Shown: positions 11,102-21,647 of the stretch, in pieces
Layout of the letters: each line of letters begins with the position of its first letter
How positions within the stretch are numbered: the stretch's first letter is position 1
Source: an uncultured delta proteobacterium
GTDB lineage: Bacteria > Myxococcota_A > Polyangia > Fen-1088
Assembly (NCBI GenBank): GCA_963737265.1
Contig: CAVTRY010000012.1
Location: forward strand, 32,001 to 96,000
DNA: 64,000 bases
Reading direction: 5' to 3'
Notes under the pieces: model-generated
Told to the model about the DNA's origin: nothing
What the model saw: only the letters and a program-made list of their open reading frames with translations
Databases searched by the model: none
Position numbers and translations under genes: made by a program

Positions 11102-11697
11102 GGTCGCAACGGTTTCATGTGTTCTTACCTGACTGGCCGCGAACAAAAGCATTCTGGATCCCTGGTGCGCAAAAGCAATGCCCGCGAGATAAAAGAAGAA
11201 GTTGTCCTCAGAATCGTGGACTATTTCTAGGCTGTAAACGAAACCACACGAGCGCGTGACCACGTTTGGCCTTCGCCGGAGCATTGCTGCCTCCAGTTCT
11301 TCAGAAACCAGGAAGATCTTCCCTTCGCTCCGCCGTTCTGGAGTCACACTTCCATAGGTTCTTTAGCTTTAGACAGTGATGGACCCCACTCCCTGCAGCC
11401 GACCTCGCCTGCGTGGCCTGCTTGCAGCCTGGACTGCTCTGCAAATCGTCCTGCTAGTCAGCACTTGCTGACCCAGACTCCGACATTGAGACCAGAATCT
11501 GGAGCTCCGAAGAAGGATCCCGCTATGGGTGGCACCGACTCGGGCAACCTCGCCACGGCCACGGTGATGTGATCGGTTCCGGGCGCATCAAGACCAATTC
11601 GGCAAACGTTGTGCCCCAGGGTCCGGGCGATATGTTCCGCAGAGTGAGCCATCCTGTTTGTCCTTGGCCTCCAGATTACCACGCTCCCGCGGGTAAC

Positions 11698-12075
11698 TCA
11701 CGGCGCGCGCAGGGCGTAGTACAGGAATCCCGCGGCGATGACCACGTGTAGGACCGAATTGGGAAGGATAGGGCCCAGCCCCGGCAGCACGCCGGAGGTA
11801 CAGGCAGCTATCTCGATGGGCAGCAGGCCTGCATGAAGCAAGGCGCTGCTGAATAGGAAGGCACGGAGGGTGGGCGAATTGAGGTGCTGGCGCACGAGTA
11901 GCGTCAGCACGCCGGACGCGAGAATCAGGACACCGACCTCCCGGACCCAAACCCGAGCCACGGGATTGGGCGAAACCCCCTTGCTCGCCAAAAGCGCAGC
12001 GGGGCAGGTCAGGGCGAACACACCAATAGCAAGCGCGATGGTGCCGACAGAAGTAAGGAATGACTTTCGAGTCAT
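11698..12075 (-). CDS. Small multi-pass membrane protein
   Basis: About four hydrophobic helices. Divergent from an XRE regulator. Confidence 0.65.
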   Translation of the reverse strand: MTRKSFLTSVGTIALAIGVFALTCPAALLASKGVSPNPVARVWVREVGVLILASGVLTLLVRQHLNSPTLRAFLFSSALLHAGLLPIEIAACTSGVLPGLGPILPNSVLHVVIAAGFLYYALRAP

Positions 12076-12160
12076 GGTGCGAGCTTGTCCGGGCAACGGC
12101 GCGAGCTCAATGACCTCGCCAGGTCATGGCGCGCGAAAGATCGGATGCTAGATCCCTGCG

Positions 12161-12964
12161 ATGACCAGCCTGCTCTTTCCCGCGGTCTTGCGCTATTGGC
12201 GCGAACGTCGTGGCATGTCGCAACTGGAGCTGTCGTGTGCCGCCGATGTTTCGGCCAGACACATCAGTTGTCTCGAATCGAGTCGGGCCAAGCCGAGCCG
12301 GGACATGGTGCTGCGACTGCTCTCGGTCTTGAGTGTTCCCTTGCGCGAGCAGGATCAGGCGTTGCTTGCCGCCGGGTTCGAGCCGCGCTATTCGGCTGCG
12401 GCATCCGAGCCGCCGCCAGAGCTCGATCCGGCCATCGCGCTTGCCATCGAGCGAATGATGGAAAAACAGGAGCCCTTCCCATTGACCGTGCTTTCCCTCG
12501 ATGGGCGCATCGTGCGCAGCAACCACGCGGCAACAAGCATCTTCGAGGCCTTCGTCGCCGAGCCCGCGGCGCTGCCCGATTCGCCGAACATGTACACCTT
12601 GCTCTTCGATCCGCGTTTCCTGCGATCCTTCATTCTCGACTGGAGCACCCTGGCTCGCGCCATCACCTCGCGCGTGCATCGCGAGCACCTGCAGCGGGGG
12701 GATTCGCGCCTGGCCCCTGTCCTGGATCGGTTGTTTTCTTTCCCCGATGTGCCGAGCGAGTGGCGGCATCCCGACTTTTCCACCCAAGCGCACCCAACGA
12801 CTCGGATTACGTTGGTTCGCGGCGCACTCCGAGTCTGCTTCCTGGTCACGATCACGGCCTTTTCCGCCCCACAACGGGTTGCACTCGATGAGTTGCGCAT
12901 CGAAAGCTGCTTTCCCCTCGACCAAGAAACCGAAGCGACCTGCGTCCGCCTGGGTTCGGGATAG
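12161..12964 (+). CDS. XRE-family HTH regulator with MmyB-like ligand-binding domain
   Basis: LRYWRERRGMSQLELSCAADVSARHIS, EPFP, LDELRIESCFPLD. Confidence 0.85.
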   Translation: MTSLLFPAVLRYWRERRGMSQLELSCAADVSARHISCLESSRAKPSRDMVLRLLSVLSVPLREQDQALLAAGFEPRYSAAASEPPPELDPAIALAIERMMEKQEPFPLTVLSLDGRIVRSNHAATSIFEAFVAEPAALPDSPNMYTLLFDPRFLRSFILDWSTLARAITSRVHREHLQRGDSRLAPVLDRLFSFPDVPSEWRHPDFSTQAHPTTRITLVRGALRVCFLVTITAFSAPQRVALDELRIESCFPLDQETEATCVRLGSG

Positions 12965-13179
12965 GTGAGTCGGTCGTAACCGTCCGCTGGTGGCCATCTC
13001 GCGGGTCACGGTAGAGTTTGGCAGTATGACCGGGACACGATGGATAGCGCGACGAAAAGCCCGGACTGCACTTCAGCCGACTGAGATCAAGGCTGGGAAT
13101 TTCTCGCACGCACTGCCACCGGCCAGATTTGTTGAAAGCGAATGGATCGGAAGCAGTCACTTAGCCGCGTTCTCGAAGG

Positions 13180-13408
13180 ACACCAACACCGTCTATATCA
13201 ACCCCGTGCGTATCGTGCTCGACCCAGACGCCACTCCCGTGGCCAAGGGCAAGCTATGCGGCCAGCAAGCCGGGTTTAACCTGCATGCTCAGACCAAGGT
13301 CGCCGCCAACGACAAGAAGGGTCGCGAGAACCTGTGCAAGTACATCTTGCGCCCGCCGCTGGCCAACGACCGCCTCAAGATCCTCGACGACGGTCACGTG
13401 AGGCTCCC
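13180..13408 (+). pseudogene. IS91-family transposase internal fragment
   Basis: GFNLHAQTKVAANDKKGRENLCKYILRPPLANDRL, the catalytic-Tyr region of Y2 transposases. Confidence 0.8.
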
Positions 13409-13860
13409 GAAGCGGTCCTCGCGTTGCTGGCGCTAGCGCGCGATCTCACCGGCGACGCGGTATTGGCGTTCGAGATGTTCTCGCGCTTTGCCCTGGAATT
13501 GGTCACGCGCTACGTTCCTGGAACCTCGGATCCTCTGGCGGCTCCTTCACCCTGGTATGTGCTGACCGACTTGACGGTTGCGCGCGCCACGGCTGAATCC
13601 TTCCTGGCGGAAGCGTTTGCCCAGGGTTTGGTCAGCGATGCGGTGCTGGCGGGAAGCGCGGCGCAAGCCAAGGCTCTGTGGAAGCTGCGCGAATCAATCT
13701 CGGAGTCGCAGAAACACGAAGGCGGCAGCATCAAGCACGACATTTCCGTGCCGGTGTCGCGCATCCCGGCCTTCATGCACCAAGCGCTGGCCGCTGCGAA
13801 AAAACTGATACCTGGCATCCGCCCCGTGCCCTTCGGTCACGTGGGCGACGGCAATCTGCC
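13409..13860 (+). pseudogene. Internal fragment of an FAD-linked oxidase (D-2-hydroxyacid dehydrogenase-like)
   Basis: LWKLRESISESQKHEGGSIKHDISVPVSRIP and VPFGHVGDGNL. No own start or stop. Confidence 0.8.
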
Positions 13861-14242
13861 CCAGCTTCTGAAAAAAACGTTCGAGATCGACACCGTCTGC
13901 CCTCGCTGCAAAACACCTCTGCGCCTCATCGCCATGATCGAGACCGAGGACACCATCAAGAAAATCCTCAAGGCCATGGGCCTGCCCACCTGTGCGCCAA
14001 AACTCTGGCCCGCACGACCGCCTCCCTCGCAATCTGGTGGCGAGGGCGGAGACTGGCTGAACTGACGGCACGTCGACAAGGGCGGGATGGAGTTGACTGC
14101 CCCGCGTGCTCGAAAACGCTCGAAAACGCCCCGTCAGGCCCCAGAAACCCGGTCAAGTTCGCTGCGCGGACGTGATAGGTTCCCACCTGATGCGGTCCGG
14201 CAGGGTTCTCCGACGCTCAGAAAACCCCTTTGATTCGACTAT
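13861..14242 (+). mobile_element. IS91-family 3' fragment plus oriIS-like end (copy 2)
   Basis: QLLKKTFEIDTVCPRC...DWLN stop 14065. Same terminal motif followed by GGTC. Confidence 0.8.
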
Positions 14243-14418
14243 GGTCCCTTTAATTCGCCTATGGTCGCGGCCGTGCAGAGAGCTGAACACCCAGGGGCAC
14301 TCGCCCAGATGGCCGCTTCACTCAAGCGCAAGGTCAAAGAGATGACCACGACCAGCCGAAGAAGCCAGTTCTTGTTCGAGCGTCGCAGACTGCGGCCCGT
14401 GACCTCGGGAGATGGTCT

Positions 14419-15036
14419 ATGAGATCTCCACGGGACGCCCTGGTTGCTCAGTTCGGAAACCCGAACGGGTTTCTGGGGCGGGTCGCCGGATTCATCATGC
14501 GCTTTCGATCATCCAATCGCGAGCGCAACCGTCGAACCTTGGAGATACTCGACATCCGACCCGAGGACGCAGTGCTGGAGATCGGTTTCGGCCCTGGCCT
14601 CGCCATCGAGCAGGCGGCCCAACTTGCGCAGCGGGGCAAGGTGATGGGAATCGATCATTCGGAATTGATGCTGCGGCAGGCACGACGTCGAAATGCGAAG
14701 GCGATCGCGGATGGTCGCGTCGAGCTATTGCTCGGCTCCGCGAATCGCCTTCCTGAATTTGCCACGCGCTTCGACAAGGTGTTCGCGACCAACGTGTACA
14801 TGTTCTGGGACGACGCCGCGGGGATTCTGCGCGGGATTCGCTCGGTCATGAAGGAGGGTGGAACGATCGTCCTGGCGCTACAGCCGCGGCATCGTGGGGC
14901 CACGAATCAAGACGCTCATGCGGCGGCCCAGCGCATGACGAGTTCGCTCCGCGATGCCGGCTTCGAGGCTGTGCGAACGGAGATTCTCCCAATGGCTCCC
15001 GTTGACACCGCATGCGTGCTCGGCCGTTCACGATAG
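14419..15036 (+). CDS. Class I SAM-dependent methyltransferase
   Basis: VLEIGFGPG motif I, GIDHSELM, FDKVFA. Confidence 0.88.
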   Translation: MRSPRDALVAQFGNPNGFLGRVAGFIMRFRSSNRERNRRTLEILDIRPEDAVLEIGFGPGLAIEQAAQLAQRGKVMGIDHSELMLRQARRRNAKAIADGRVELLLGSANRLPEFATRFDKVFATNVYMFWDDAAGILRGIRSVMKEGGTIVLALQPRHRGATNQDAHAAAQRMTSSLRDAGFEAVRTEILPMAPVDTACVLGRSR

Positions 15037-15344
15037 CGTGGCTGCTACGGCGGCCCGCTCGTGAAGAAACGAAGCTGCTGATGCACAATGACCGTTCTCT
15101 TCGCGCAGGCTGTAGCGAGGGCCATCGTACGCCGCCCTCGCAGCTCAGAGCCGTCGATCTCTACCAGCTGGCGACGAATTGCAGGCGCCGATGACAACAT
15201 TGGCGACTGGAGAAATGTCAGGTAAGCCGAATCGTTTCCGAGCTTTTGCTTGCCAGCATTAGGCTTCGGGAATATGCAAATGGATGCACGCGTACCGGCC
15301 GCCATTCAAAGTGATGGGCATGACGGCGCCAGCGGAAAGCCCGA

Positions 15345-16442
15345 ATGTCGATTGATAAGTCGCTTCTTCTGGTCGGTGACGAGCCCTGGAATACCCAGAA
15401 TACCGTCGACCTCATGGTCGAGTTCGTGAATGCGGCGAAAACAAGCCTGCACATCGCCATCTACGATTTTCGCCTTACCCAGCCGCAATCTCTCCCGTTC
15501 GTGGATGCCTTGGACAACATGGCGCACGAAGGCGTCGAAGTGAAAATCGCCTACGACCACCGAAACCCACTTTCGCTGCTCCCAGGGTCCAAAGCTTTCG
15601 CTGCTGGCGACGATCCGGCGCCCAAAGGCACACATGAGTTCCTGACCTCCGGCTTTGGCGGCCGCCATCGGAAAACCCAGGTTCAGGTGAAGGCCTTGCA
15701 GGAGGAATCGATCGCGGGCAGCAAGCTCATGCACGAAAAGGTCGTCATTCGCGACGGAAGCGCTGTGCTTACGGGTTCGGCGAACTTCACTGACGACGCC
15801 TGGGCTCACCAGGACAACAACATCCTGACCATCAACTCGCCTGATCTCGCAAACTATTACGAAAAGGACTTCCAAGAGCTCTGGTCGACCGGGAAGCTCA
15901 GTGGCACGGGCGACACCTTCGGCACGGTACATGCTGCGGGGCTCGACCTCGATGTACGTTTCGCGCCGGCCCAAGGCAAGCGGATCGATGGCGAGATCGC
16001 GCAGCTCATTGACGGCGCAAGGGCGGGACGGCTCCTCCACATCGCCTCGATGGTTATCACGAGTGACAAGATCCTCGCCTCGCTCGGGAACGCGCTCGAC
16101 CGCGGCGTCGAGGTGCATGGGATCTACGATGGCACGGAGATGTCCGTGGCGCTTGGCCAGATGACGAACCCGCCCAAGGTTGACCTCATGAACAAAATCA
16201 TGGCGGCCTTGGTCGCGAAGCACTCAACCCCCTTTGATCCCAGGAATCCAAGAGGGCTTCACAACTTCATGCACGATAAGATTGTGGTCGAAGGGGACAC
16301 TGTGGTGACGGGGAGCTACAATTTCTCGACCTCGGCCGAGGGCAATGCCGAGGACATCCTTTTCATCCGGGATAAGGCCCTTGCTGACAGCTACCGGGTA
16401 TACATAGAAAGGCTCATCGAGAAGTGGAGGAAGAGCAAGTAA
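15345..16442 (+). CDS. Phospholipase D-superfamily protein (two HKD-like motifs, Nuc-like)
   Basis: MHEKVVIRD...TGSANFT and MHDKIVVEG...TGSYNFS. Confidence 0.85.
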   Translation: MSIDKSLLLVGDEPWNTQNTVDLMVEFVNAAKTSLHIAIYDFRLTQPQSLPFVDALDNMAHEGVEVKIAYDHRNPLSLLPGSKAFAAGDDPAPKGTHEFLTSGFGGRHRKTQVQVKALQEESIAGSKLMHEKVVIRDGSAVLTGSANFTDDAWAHQDNNILTINSPDLANYYEKDFQELWSTGKLSGTGDTFGTVHAAGLDLDVRFAPAQGKRIDGEIAQLIDGARAGRLLHIASMVITSDKILASLGNALDRGVEVHGIYDGTEMSVALGQMTNPPKVDLMNKIMAALVAKHSTPFDPRNPRGLHNFMHDKIVVEGDTVVTGSYNFSTSAEGNAEDILFIRDKALADSYRVYIERLIEKWRKSK

Positions 16443-16565
16443 AGCTCGATCCGGCCAATACCATGCATGGCTCAAGGCCCAGGCTGGCGGCGCGCTCACA
16501 CCGCTCGGCCAACAGCCGAAGGCTCCGACAGCATCCATAGGACTGCAGAAACCAAGGAGCGTCAA

Positions 16566-16970
16566 ATGTCCAATGCCACCAAGTTGATTTCAGGCATCCT
16601 CTTGATAATCATTCCGACGATCGAGTACGGCGGCACGTTTCTCCTCGGCCTCCTTTCCGGCAAGCCTCCGCAGTTCACCGACTTCCAGCGCTCGATGTTT
16701 CGGGCAGGTCACGCCCATGCCGGCGTGCTCGTCATTCTCGCCCTCGTTGCCCAAATCTTCATGGACCAAGCGCGACTGCCGGAGACCGTGGGATGGGCGG
16801 TCCGGATCGGGTTCGTAATTGCTGCCCTCCTCGTGAGTGGTGGTTTTTTCGGGGGCGCACTGGGCAAGAATCAACCAGGCCCGCTGATCGCGTTACTCTG
16901 GATCGGCATCATCATTCTCGCCTGCAGCGTCATTACGCTCGGCATCGGCCTAATCAGAGCCCACACCTGA
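16566..16970 (+). CDS. Membrane protein
   Basis: AAGGAG RBS, four hydrophobic helices, FRAGHAHAGVL motif. Confidence 0.7.
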   Translation: MSNATKLISGILLIIIPTIEYGGTFLLGLLSGKPPQFTDFQRSMFRAGHAHAGVLVILALVAQIFMDQARLPETVGWAVRIGFVIAALLVSGGFFGGALGKNQPGPLIALLWIGIIILACSVITLGIGLIRAHT

Positions 16971-17261
16971 CAGGAAAATCGTTCGGGAGTCGAGAATGAA
17001 AGAAAGTAGATGGCGGGCTTCGACCGGGATGCCGCTTTGGTCTTCCCTGGCTGGGCATGCCGAGTGACGGATGATCCTGCTCTCGTTGCTTCCCCGCAGG
17101 CTGCGTCGCTGGCAGGTGGCCCAGTCCGCTACGCGCCTACGAATGACGGAATGAGGATCGAGCAGGCACCCTCGAACCGGAACCTGACATTGTTTTCCCC
17201 GTTAACGTTGGCAACACAAGGAGATGAATGGCACCTTCTATCGTACTTGTCGTCTCAGCCG

Positions 17262-17844
17262 TGGCCTTCTGGCTTGCGGTGCCGAGCCTGTTTCGGCTGA
17301 GGACGGACGGGTCCAGCGACGCCTGGCCGACCAGCGTGCGGGGGCGGAAGACGTCGGTCGGGTTGAAGCCGAGCGCGACGCCGTTGCGCACGTTGATGCG
17401 CCCGACCTCGAGATAGAGGCGCGCGCGCGGCTGCCAGCTCGCGTATGCCTCGCGCAGCTCGTTGCGCGCGGTCGAGCGCGACCACCAGGTCTGATGCTCC
17501 TGGGCGATCAGATCGATGCGATCGCTGAGGGTCAACTTCAGCGACGCCCGCGCGGCCCAATCCGCCACCAGATCCGCGCTGGCGCGGTCCTGCCACCGAT
17601 AGGGCGGCGGCGGCGGAAACGGTACGACCGGAGCCCGCACGCTGGCCACCGTCAGCGCGTCCTCGAGATAGAGCCGCGCATGCGGCCCCCCGCGCGTCGG
17701 CCGGGAAAGAGGCGTCGCGGGCGCCTCCGCCGCCGGCCCGGCCAAAGCGCCGGGGATGCGATCTAGGTCGCTGTCCTCGACAGCGGGCGCGGGCGCCGCC
17801 ACGACCGCGGACAGCACCGCGAACGTGGCCAGAGAGATCGACAT
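17262..17844 (-). pseudogene. N-terminal fragment of an exported/outer-membrane protein
   Basis: Signal peptide, NELREAYASW, GVALGFNPTDVFR. Truncated near 17262. Confidence 0.55.
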
Positions 17845-17846
17845 GC

Positions 17847-18275
17847 TCACTCCTCTTCGAAACGCGGCAGGTAGTCGCGCTGGAACCAGGCCTCGGGCAT
17901 CTCCTGGGTGCGATAGCCGGCGGCATCGACCGTCGTGACCAGGTTGGCGTCGACCGCGTCGATGATCACCGTCTCCGTCGGACGCATCACGCCCAGCACA
18001 TCGGCCACCTTGCGGTAGTAGGCGATCTTGAGCAGGCGACCGCTGTCCGAATAGAACTTGCCCTTGATCGCGCGGTACGTATCGCGTTCGACCCAGCATT
18101 CGAGACGCGCGTAGACCGCGTCGCTCGTCGCCGCGACCAGGTTCAGGTGCCAGGCGCGGCGATCCTGGTGGTCGCCGTCCTTGATCGTCTCCTCGCCGAT
18201 CAACGTCGCCGTGTAGTCGTGCGCCAGGTTGACGGTGAGCACATCGCCGTTCGACGCCTGGCCCACCAGCGAGCT
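17847..18275 (-). pseudogene. C-terminal half of an outer-membrane lipoprotein-sorting (LolA-like) protein
   Basis: GQASNGDV, KFYSDSGRLLKIAYY, WFQRDYLPRF. N-terminus replaced by a hairpin repeat. Confidence 0.65.
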
Positions 18276-18633
18276 CTCGGCCCCTACCCGCCACCCACAC
18301 CACCGCTCGCTTCGCTCGGCCTCGCATGGCACGCTCGGCAGACGGGTCCTTACGCGGCCGGAAGACCGGCCGCTGGCCCCTTTCCCGACTCGCTGGCACG
18401 CGAGCCCAGGCGTTCCGGCGCTCGTCTACACGCGCAGTCGTGGGCGCAGGCCACACCGCACCGTCATCTGCAGCGGGGCGAGCCATGCCTTCCCGCGAAG
18501 CTCCGCGGGCCGGCGAGGGCGAAGCCCGAGGAGGCGGCTTGGGGGTGCTGGTGGGTCCCGAGGGCCGGCCGGCTTCGCACGCGCGTGGCTGCCGTGCTTG
18601 CCAAGCCAAGAGGCGCGGGTATACCTTCCCCTG

Positions 18634-18925
18634 GTGAAATTCGAAACGCGCCCGCGCCGCTGCAAGAGCGAACCCGAGCCCGCGTCGGCCTTGATTTCCG
18701 CCGTTGTGGCCAGCATCGGAGGCGACAAGCGAGGGCGCGAGCAGCAGGTGTTCGCGGTGTACGACGACATCGCCGGAGATTTCTTGCGCAAGCATTCCCG
18801 CCCAGACGCCCTGCGCGATGGGATGCTGGTGGTGCGGGTTTCGAGTTCGTCCATCGCGCACCACCTGGTGCTTCTGCGCGGAGAAATCCTACAGCGGATG
18901 GCGCCGCTGCTTCCCCCGAATGAGC
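18634..18925 (+). pseudogene. DUF721/DciA-like protein, probably 3'-truncated
   Basis: DIAGDFLRKHSRPDALRDGMLVVRVSSSSIAHHLVLLRGEIL. Confidence 0.6.
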
Positions 18926-19139
18926 ATAGTCCGTTGAAACGCCACTTTGCTTTCAAAGTCCGATAAGAAGCATTGGACGAAGCCGCTTGCACGGCAGCTT
19001 GGCGGCCGTGCGACTTGGCAAGCATTGTAGCAGGGCAAGCCTCATCTTGAGCTGACACCGTCGCCCGAAATTCTGGTCGTGTCCATCGTTCCGACGTGGG
19101 CAACTCCTTGGCTTTCACCCAAGCCAAAGGAGAAACGCC

Positions 19140-19550
19140 ATGTCCGACCGAAATGATGTCCAGACCGCTATGTCCGACGCAAACGATGCAGAGAAGTCGC
19201 TCGACCGGATGAAGATTTTCATGGAGCTGCGCGGGTTGCGGCCCAATACGGTGTACACCTTCGCCCTCTGTGCTCGCAGGTTTCTTGCTCACGCGGGCAA
19301 GGCGCCGACCGCCATCAAGGCCGCCGACGTCGAGTGTTTCCTCCTCGATCTCACACGCAAGGGCCGTTCGCCGCAGACACGCAACGTGAATCTGTCCGCC
19401 GTGCGTTGCCTGCTGTTTGCCACCCTTGGCGACGACAGCCGCGTGGTCACTGCCGGTATCCCGAACGCCAGGGTTCGGCGCCGAAGCCCGGAAATCCTCA
19501 ACGGCACGGAGGTCGAGCGACTGCTCGCCGCCACGGACTCGCCGAAGTAA
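19140..19550 (+). pseudogene. Tyrosine recombinase N-terminal SAM-like domain, truncated
   Basis: MELRGLRPNTVYTF, NVNLSAVRCL, PEILNGTEVERLL. Stops before the catalytic domain. Confidence 0.8.
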
Positions 19551-19797
19551 CTCTCTATCTGTTAACCAGTCTCTGACGCTCTCTCCCCAAATTGGCCGCC
19601 AGAGATCACTTCTGGGAAAGATAACCCGCCCCGTTCGCCCTCTTGACGGATCTCGGCATTCTCGTCGCGCTTTTCGGCTTTCTGAGGCGATCGCGCAAAC
19701 CCCTGCGAAACAAGCGCATTTCCTGCGACGGCCTTGTATCTGTCCCCGGGGTCGCGCTGTCAACCAGCGGCGACCAAAAGTTCGCGGGACACGAAAG

Positions 19798-19840
19798 TGG
19801 CTCCCCGAGCGAGACTCGAACAAGCGACCCGGTGGTTAAC
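19798..19840 (-). tRNA. Degenerate 3' half of tRNA-Asn(GTT), att-site remnant
   Basis: Minus strand GTTAACCACCGGGTCGCTTGTTCGAGTCTCGCTCGGGGAGCCA: anticodon, TTCGA loop, CCA. No 5' half, T-stem mismatched. Confidence 0.6.
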
Positions 19841-20029
19841 CGGATCGCGTCAATCCCTCCCTGGCGTCCATCCTGTGCGGAGGCGCAAAGCCATCAGCCA
19901 GCGAGTAGCAGGCGCAGCGAAGGTAGGCGATATCGAATCGACCTTGCTCATCCGAGTCGCAGATTGGATTTCGAGATGTCTCCCGACGAATCTGGCGTAG
20001 TCTCGGCCCGCGCGCGTCCGGCAGCGAGG

Positions 20030-20400
20030 TTGTGGGCGTGGCCGCCGATGTGGTCCGTTCCCGACGTGACCTGACCATCGAGAGCGCCATGCTTCGACAC
20101 CAAATCAACGTACTTCGTCGAAGCACGAAGCGTCCCAGGCTTGGGCTGACCAACCGGGTTGAAGCTCCTTCTGGGTGCCTCATTGCTTCCCACGTGGGCG
20201 CCGGGCGGTTGCCAGCGTGCAGCCAGAGACTGTCCTTCGCTGGCACCGAGCCGGCTTCCGCCTGTTTCGGCAGATTCGCTCTCGGCCGCGTGCCAACTCG
20301 CCGTTGCCGAAAGAGTCCACCGACCACTCCCCGGCGCTGCCGAGTGCCATCCCGTTTTTTGACGACGTCTTGGTCACCATCTTGCGGGGGCTGCACTAGG
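20030..20400 (+). pseudogene. Degraded integrase-core transposase
   Basis: Frameshifted pieces ESAMLRHQINVLRR, VQPETVLRWHRAGFRLF and terminal ILRGLH. Confidence 0.65.
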
Positions 20401-21647
20401 CAGTCGCTATCACTTTGAATCGCTACGGTTGGCCCGGGCAGTCGGGATGGGATTGAGGGACAGAGGGCGAGCCAGCCGCCGATTTGGCGACCGCGCCGCG
20501 ACCACGGGCTGGACGTTCCGTACGTCTCGCGGGCAAGGCGCGATCTTCCCAAACTCCCTCCATACGCGCCAGTTTGTAGAAATGCCCGTCCATCCGGCTA
20601 GTCCTGCCGGCGTCCCGTGCCCGCGGACCTCCCTGTCAGGTATCATGAGTCCCCATCCCCAGTCTGCAGCGCCGCAACGACCAGTATCCAGCGGCGCGGC
20701 GTAGACGTCCTTGTACCGACGAACGTAATGCTGAATTTCCTCAGGAATGCCGCTTGGGTTCAGAAATAGTCCGCGGGCGAATTCGCTTCCGCCGTGTCTA
20801 GTTATACCTGCCTCCACCCGCACCGGATACCACGACCCCTGAAGTGTCGTCCCTTGGATCCATCCTTGTTGCAGCTTGACCTTCGCGTAGATTTCGCCGT
20901 ATCTCGCAAGCGTCACGGTGTCTCGCCAGGACATCAGCGACGTCCCGCTGTAACGACAATCAATACGCTCTTGATCAGTATCATCGAATGAGAACCACTG
21001 CACATGGACGACGGGCTCGGTCGTCAGGCGTCGCTCAACTCGCACAATCACTGGCGCAAAACGAAAACAATCGCCTTTGCGGTTCAGACAGACACTCCTC
21101 CGATTGTCGTGGGTCTCCGGCAACTTTGGTAGGGAGAGCGCCTTGCGTGGCTTGTGTAAATCGAGGGCAACCCGCAGGGACTTGATCTTTGGCGCAAAGG
21201 CCTCCAGTGCCCCAGCCTCAACGCGGGGTCCCCAATTTTCTTTGCTGAAGTCGAATTTGATCTGATCGCACCGCGACTCAAGCTCGCCCGCCGCTGGCAG
21301 TCGCATCCCGACTTTCTGGTAGGAAAAGAGATTATGGGTCGGCGCAATGGCCGCTCGAGCGATCACAATATCACCCAGCAGAATCTCGAGAGCAAGGTAG
21401 CACTGTCCCCTATACTTGAGCGTACCGCGAGCGACCAGATCGACTCGATTGTCACCTTGAGCCCATGGATATTTCCATGGGCCCGGCGGTTCGCCCGGCA
21501 GCAAGCGCTTCGCTGACTGTCTCGCCGGTGGCCTCACCACTGTCGCTTCCGTGACGTCTGCCGACGCGGGTTCACTGTTGGACCTGGTTGTGGTGGAGTC
21601 AGTTGACGGGAGTGGCGGCGCAGGCGTTGGAGGCGGGGGTGGGGACT

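Noticed and set aside
19798-19840. Functional tRNA gene
   Set aside because: Only the 3' half is present and the T-stem is mismatched. Kept as an att remnant.
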